DNA of 62,935 nucleotides, the filler included, from Craspedostauros australis (lineage: Eukaryota), in NCBI GenBank assembly GCA_030167865.1. It is 12 parts of 12 records of this genome, joined end to end, with 100 filler letters (N's around TTAATTAATTAA, not from the genome) between each part and the next. Parts side by side here need not be neighbours in the genome. Positions count along the whole stretch, not along the records: positions 59,902 to 62,935 come from JALAGF010002747.1; 11 more parts are not named here. The stretch is one strand, 5' to 3'. This document shows, piece after piece, positions 59,902 to 62,935 of the stretch. The position numbers and the translations under genes were made by a program. Positions within the stretch are counted from its first letter, which is position 1, and the number at the start of each line of letters is the position of its first letter. The notes under the pieces were generated by a model. It was not told the DNA's origin and made no database searches. It worked only from the letters and a program-made list of their open reading frames with translations.

Positions 59902-62900
59902 CGCATGGAAGTCGATCAAGGGTCTCGGTGGACTCGATAACCCAAAAGTGGATCTCCGCGAATCGGTACTGGAGAGCCTCGAGAGGCTCTTCACCGCTGT
60001 ACGGGAAGGCACAACGCATTTTCTTCGCCGCATGAAATATGGCACTGCCACAAAAGTAGCATACTACGTCGGCGAATGCAATTTCCGACATATGGGCGAC
60101 AAACATGGAATCCCCCAAAGAGTGCATCTCACCCAATATAGGGAACCGGCAGCATCCAGCATTGTCCGTGTCTTCTTTTCCGGCAGCGGCACAGGCAAGA
60201 CAGTCGATTTGGCCACAAGTGCAGAGTCAAGAGATGCTGTCATCACTCTGATGTACGTCGCAGAGAATGACGTAGCGACGGCGCAAGCAAGCGAAGCTCG
60301 GACGAATCAGAGCCGGGCTTATTTGAAGAAATGTATGGATGATCACTTCTTCAAAAAGAACGGCGAGGTGCTATCAACGATCGTAAACACGGTGCAGCAG
60401 CGGTTGCGTGCACTCGATGCGAAGAAGCAACGCCTGAGAGACGATAAAGGCAACACGACTGGAAACGAAGAAGACCCGAAGGTGGAGGACGACAGGATTC
60501 GGATAGTGTTTGCCATTGATGAAGCAAGGTACTGTCCCAATCTTGCGAAAGAGGTCATTCGAAACTATGAAGACCTTGGAAGAGATCTCGGTCACTACAT
60601 CATGAACAAGGCCATTGGAAACGTGCAGAACGGAAACAGCACGGATGATGGCGGGCTCCCAGAATTCGACACCCTGTCAGCCATCGAGGTGGTCTTCTCC
60701 ATCGCAGGTACCGGAATGTACGGTGGGGCTGTCGGTTCTCTTAGCGACAACTTCGTCTGTCTTGAACCCAGTGCCAAAAAGGATCCCAAGGAAGTGTACG
60801 AAGCCCTTTGCAATGGATACGACTGTCAGGAATCGAGGGTACGACTCTGTCGGAAAGATACCCATGATTGCCGCAACTCCCAACATTGTTTGTCACACCT
60901 TTGGATATTATTCGTCACACCTTTGAATATTACACATTCCACCCACGATACGAATCACACGGGAATGACCTCAATCTTACCAAGAAAACAAGCCTGTCCT
61001 CTGTGAACCAAGAAAAGGCCGCGATATCTAAATCAGGTGAAGGAAGATGATGACCGACACATTGATGATCACCCCATCTGGAGATCATGGCACGTGTCAG
61101 CCAGGGACTAGAACAACTCAGAAAGGGCATCATCCATGACACCAATCATGACACCAATTGTAAAGTTCGGTGTCAGGAGATCAAGAGCGAAACGCAAGAC
61201 TGTGGAATCGTACCGCAGGGAATGTAGAATAAGGATATGCATGACGAGGTGCATGGAAAGAATACCTACGGATATGCACGACAATGTGCATGACAAAGGA
61301 TGCCTGCGGATACGATCTCACGTACGCAAGCGATGATTCATGATGATGAGATGCATGAACGCAACAGTATAACGCNATGCTGCTGTAGGAGATGCTACAT
61401 GAGAAACGAAAGGCAAAGGAGCTGAAGAGAATGAGCTCACAGTTCTGAATAGTACGGTCTAACAACGAATTAGGTCTTACTAACACTAACCCCGGATTTC
61501 CAACATACGACGGAAACCTAAAGAAACAGTCGAGGCTTCCCACCTACGACAAGATTATGGAGACGCCATTCCTGAGCATCATCGCATCACACAATGCAAG
61601 GATGACCTCGATCTTGGTCAACCAGCTGACAGAGACGCTGTTGAAGTTCGGCGAGCTGGGCGATGAGATGAGGTTGGTGTCGTTGGTGTTTGATAAATTC
61701 GCGAAAAGCAATGGCTTGGCGGATCTGTGGGGAGATAGGNACTTTGAAGAGAAAGGTAGCGACCGATCTCTGCGAGCGGCACAGGCACTTGCGATTCTTC
61801 TGTATCAAACAAACTTCACCGTGCCCATGGACATCGAAAGAGCAAGGCAACATGCGATGGATCTCGACTATGGAATCAACTTTGAGGACTTTGGAATGGA
61901 TAACAAGCAGATCATGTACTATCTCGTCACGAAGTATGGACTGGTGACACCCGAGCCGTTCACGATATTCGACAACATTGTTTTGGATACAAACAACAAC
62001 ACCGTGATCAATGAAACCTTCAACGGTCAACCGACACTGGAGAAGCCATTCATCGTGGATGAGGCAATTCAACTCTTCAGTGTGTGGCTGTTGGAGAGGG
62101 GGAGGAGTCTAAACGGTGAAGATGGCTTTCTCGGAACAACACCATTTGCCTACGAGGCGTTGTCAACGCAGATCATTGGTGCTGCCATCACTGCAGCCAC
62201 GACCGTCTCATTGGATAACAGGACATGCATCCAATCCATCGTCGAGGATACCCTTGGAATGAAGCTCAAATCGTCCACAACAGGCACTGCCGGCAAGCCA
62301 GACCCCGTGAAAGAGGCATGGGACGCGCTGAAAGGTGTGAAACCTGTTGCTGTTTGGTCTGATCTCGCGATGAATGGAATGTACCATCAGCGGTCTGAAA
62401 TGAACCTCATCCAACCGACCGAACGAAAACAGCCCAAGAACTTTGACCCCAACACCACGGGTGAGGTCACAGCGTGGATAGACAAGGAAGAGGAGAGACG
62501 TGAAGACGCCCGTGACGATCGCATCAAGCTGAAGCGTTGGGAGAACTTGACAACCAATGTAGTCGATGCAGACTTTGGTCTCGAGCGTCATCAACTGGTC
62601 TCGAAATTGAACGCACTCGACAGCTTCGATGCTTCAAAGTGGGAGACCCTGGTGAAGACGTTGTACATAGACAATGCGCTGATAGAAGCTCTTCTCAAGA
62701 TGAGGGAGGCATGCGCCGATCTTGAGGAAACGATCAACAAGACAAAATCGCTCCAACCCAATCCAACCAATCAGAAATTCTGCCCATCACTCACAACTGT
62801 GGCGGAGGGATCGAGCAATCTCGCAGATGGATACGTTTCCACTGTTGGCGTGAGGAAGATCACAGACAACGCAGGTAATTTCTCGAGATGGGAAGTGGAA

Positions 62901-62935
62901 CTCTTCACGGCCTGCGTCCAAGCCAAAGATTATTT
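59902..62935 (+). CDS. Crinkler-like NTPase + PD-(D/E)xK nuclease gene, interrupted by a 682-bp insertion, incomplete at both ends
   Basis: Removing 60824-61511 joins ...ALCNGYD to GNLKKQSRLPTYDK..., and the frame stays open to the window end (~470 codons, missing from the ORF track because it has no stop). Motifs SGSGTGKT, IDEA, IAGTG, NARM, SNGL, FAYE and terminal LADGYV...CVQAKDY. Confidence 0.75.
60824..61505. mobile_element. Complete 682-bp solo-LTR-like insertion with a 6-bp TSD (TACGAC)
   Basis: TG...CA ends with imperfect inverted termini (TGTCAGGAATC / GATTTCCAACA). TACGAC at 60818-60823 and 61506-61511. The host ORF is restored exactly on excision. Confidence 0.9.

Noticed and set aside
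59493..61505. Two LTR copies as the ends of one retroelement that captured the NTPase fragment
   Set aside because: The 60824-61505 copy has its own TSD on both sides and the host ORF continues past it, so it is an independent insertion.

Overview
Eukaryotic nuclear DNA, almost certainly a pennate diatom: it has a silicon-transporter C-terminus with a coiled-coil tail, GT-AG introns and diatom-type orphan genes. The window is not continuous. It is 12 contigs joined by artificial 100-nt linkers (44 N + TTAATTAATTAA + 44 N), and some contigs overlap one another (alleles or assembly bubbles). Host genes: a two-domain globin, a partial SIT, a hybrid histidine kinase, a PDZ protein, two TPR-like paralogues, an Ariadne RBR E3 ligase, two tRNA-Pro(UGG), a membrane-anchored flavoprotein, an NDK built from micro-exons, and a Crinkler-like NTPase + PD-(D/E)xK nuclease gene. 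Mobile DNA: a 358-bp TRIM, a DIRS/Ngaro-type tyrosine-recombinase element, MULE and PIF/Harbinger transposase fragments, and a ~680-bp LTR-like family. Two candidates for novelty, both inferences that need testing: (1) a TRIM whose LTR contains a TATA / mini-tRNA / TTTT unit complementary to its own primer-binding site; (2) a solo-LTR-like insertion in the Crinkler-like gene that carries a splice donor and a TACTAAC branch point placed so that splicing would restore the reading frame. All family assignments are from motif recognition, not database searches.
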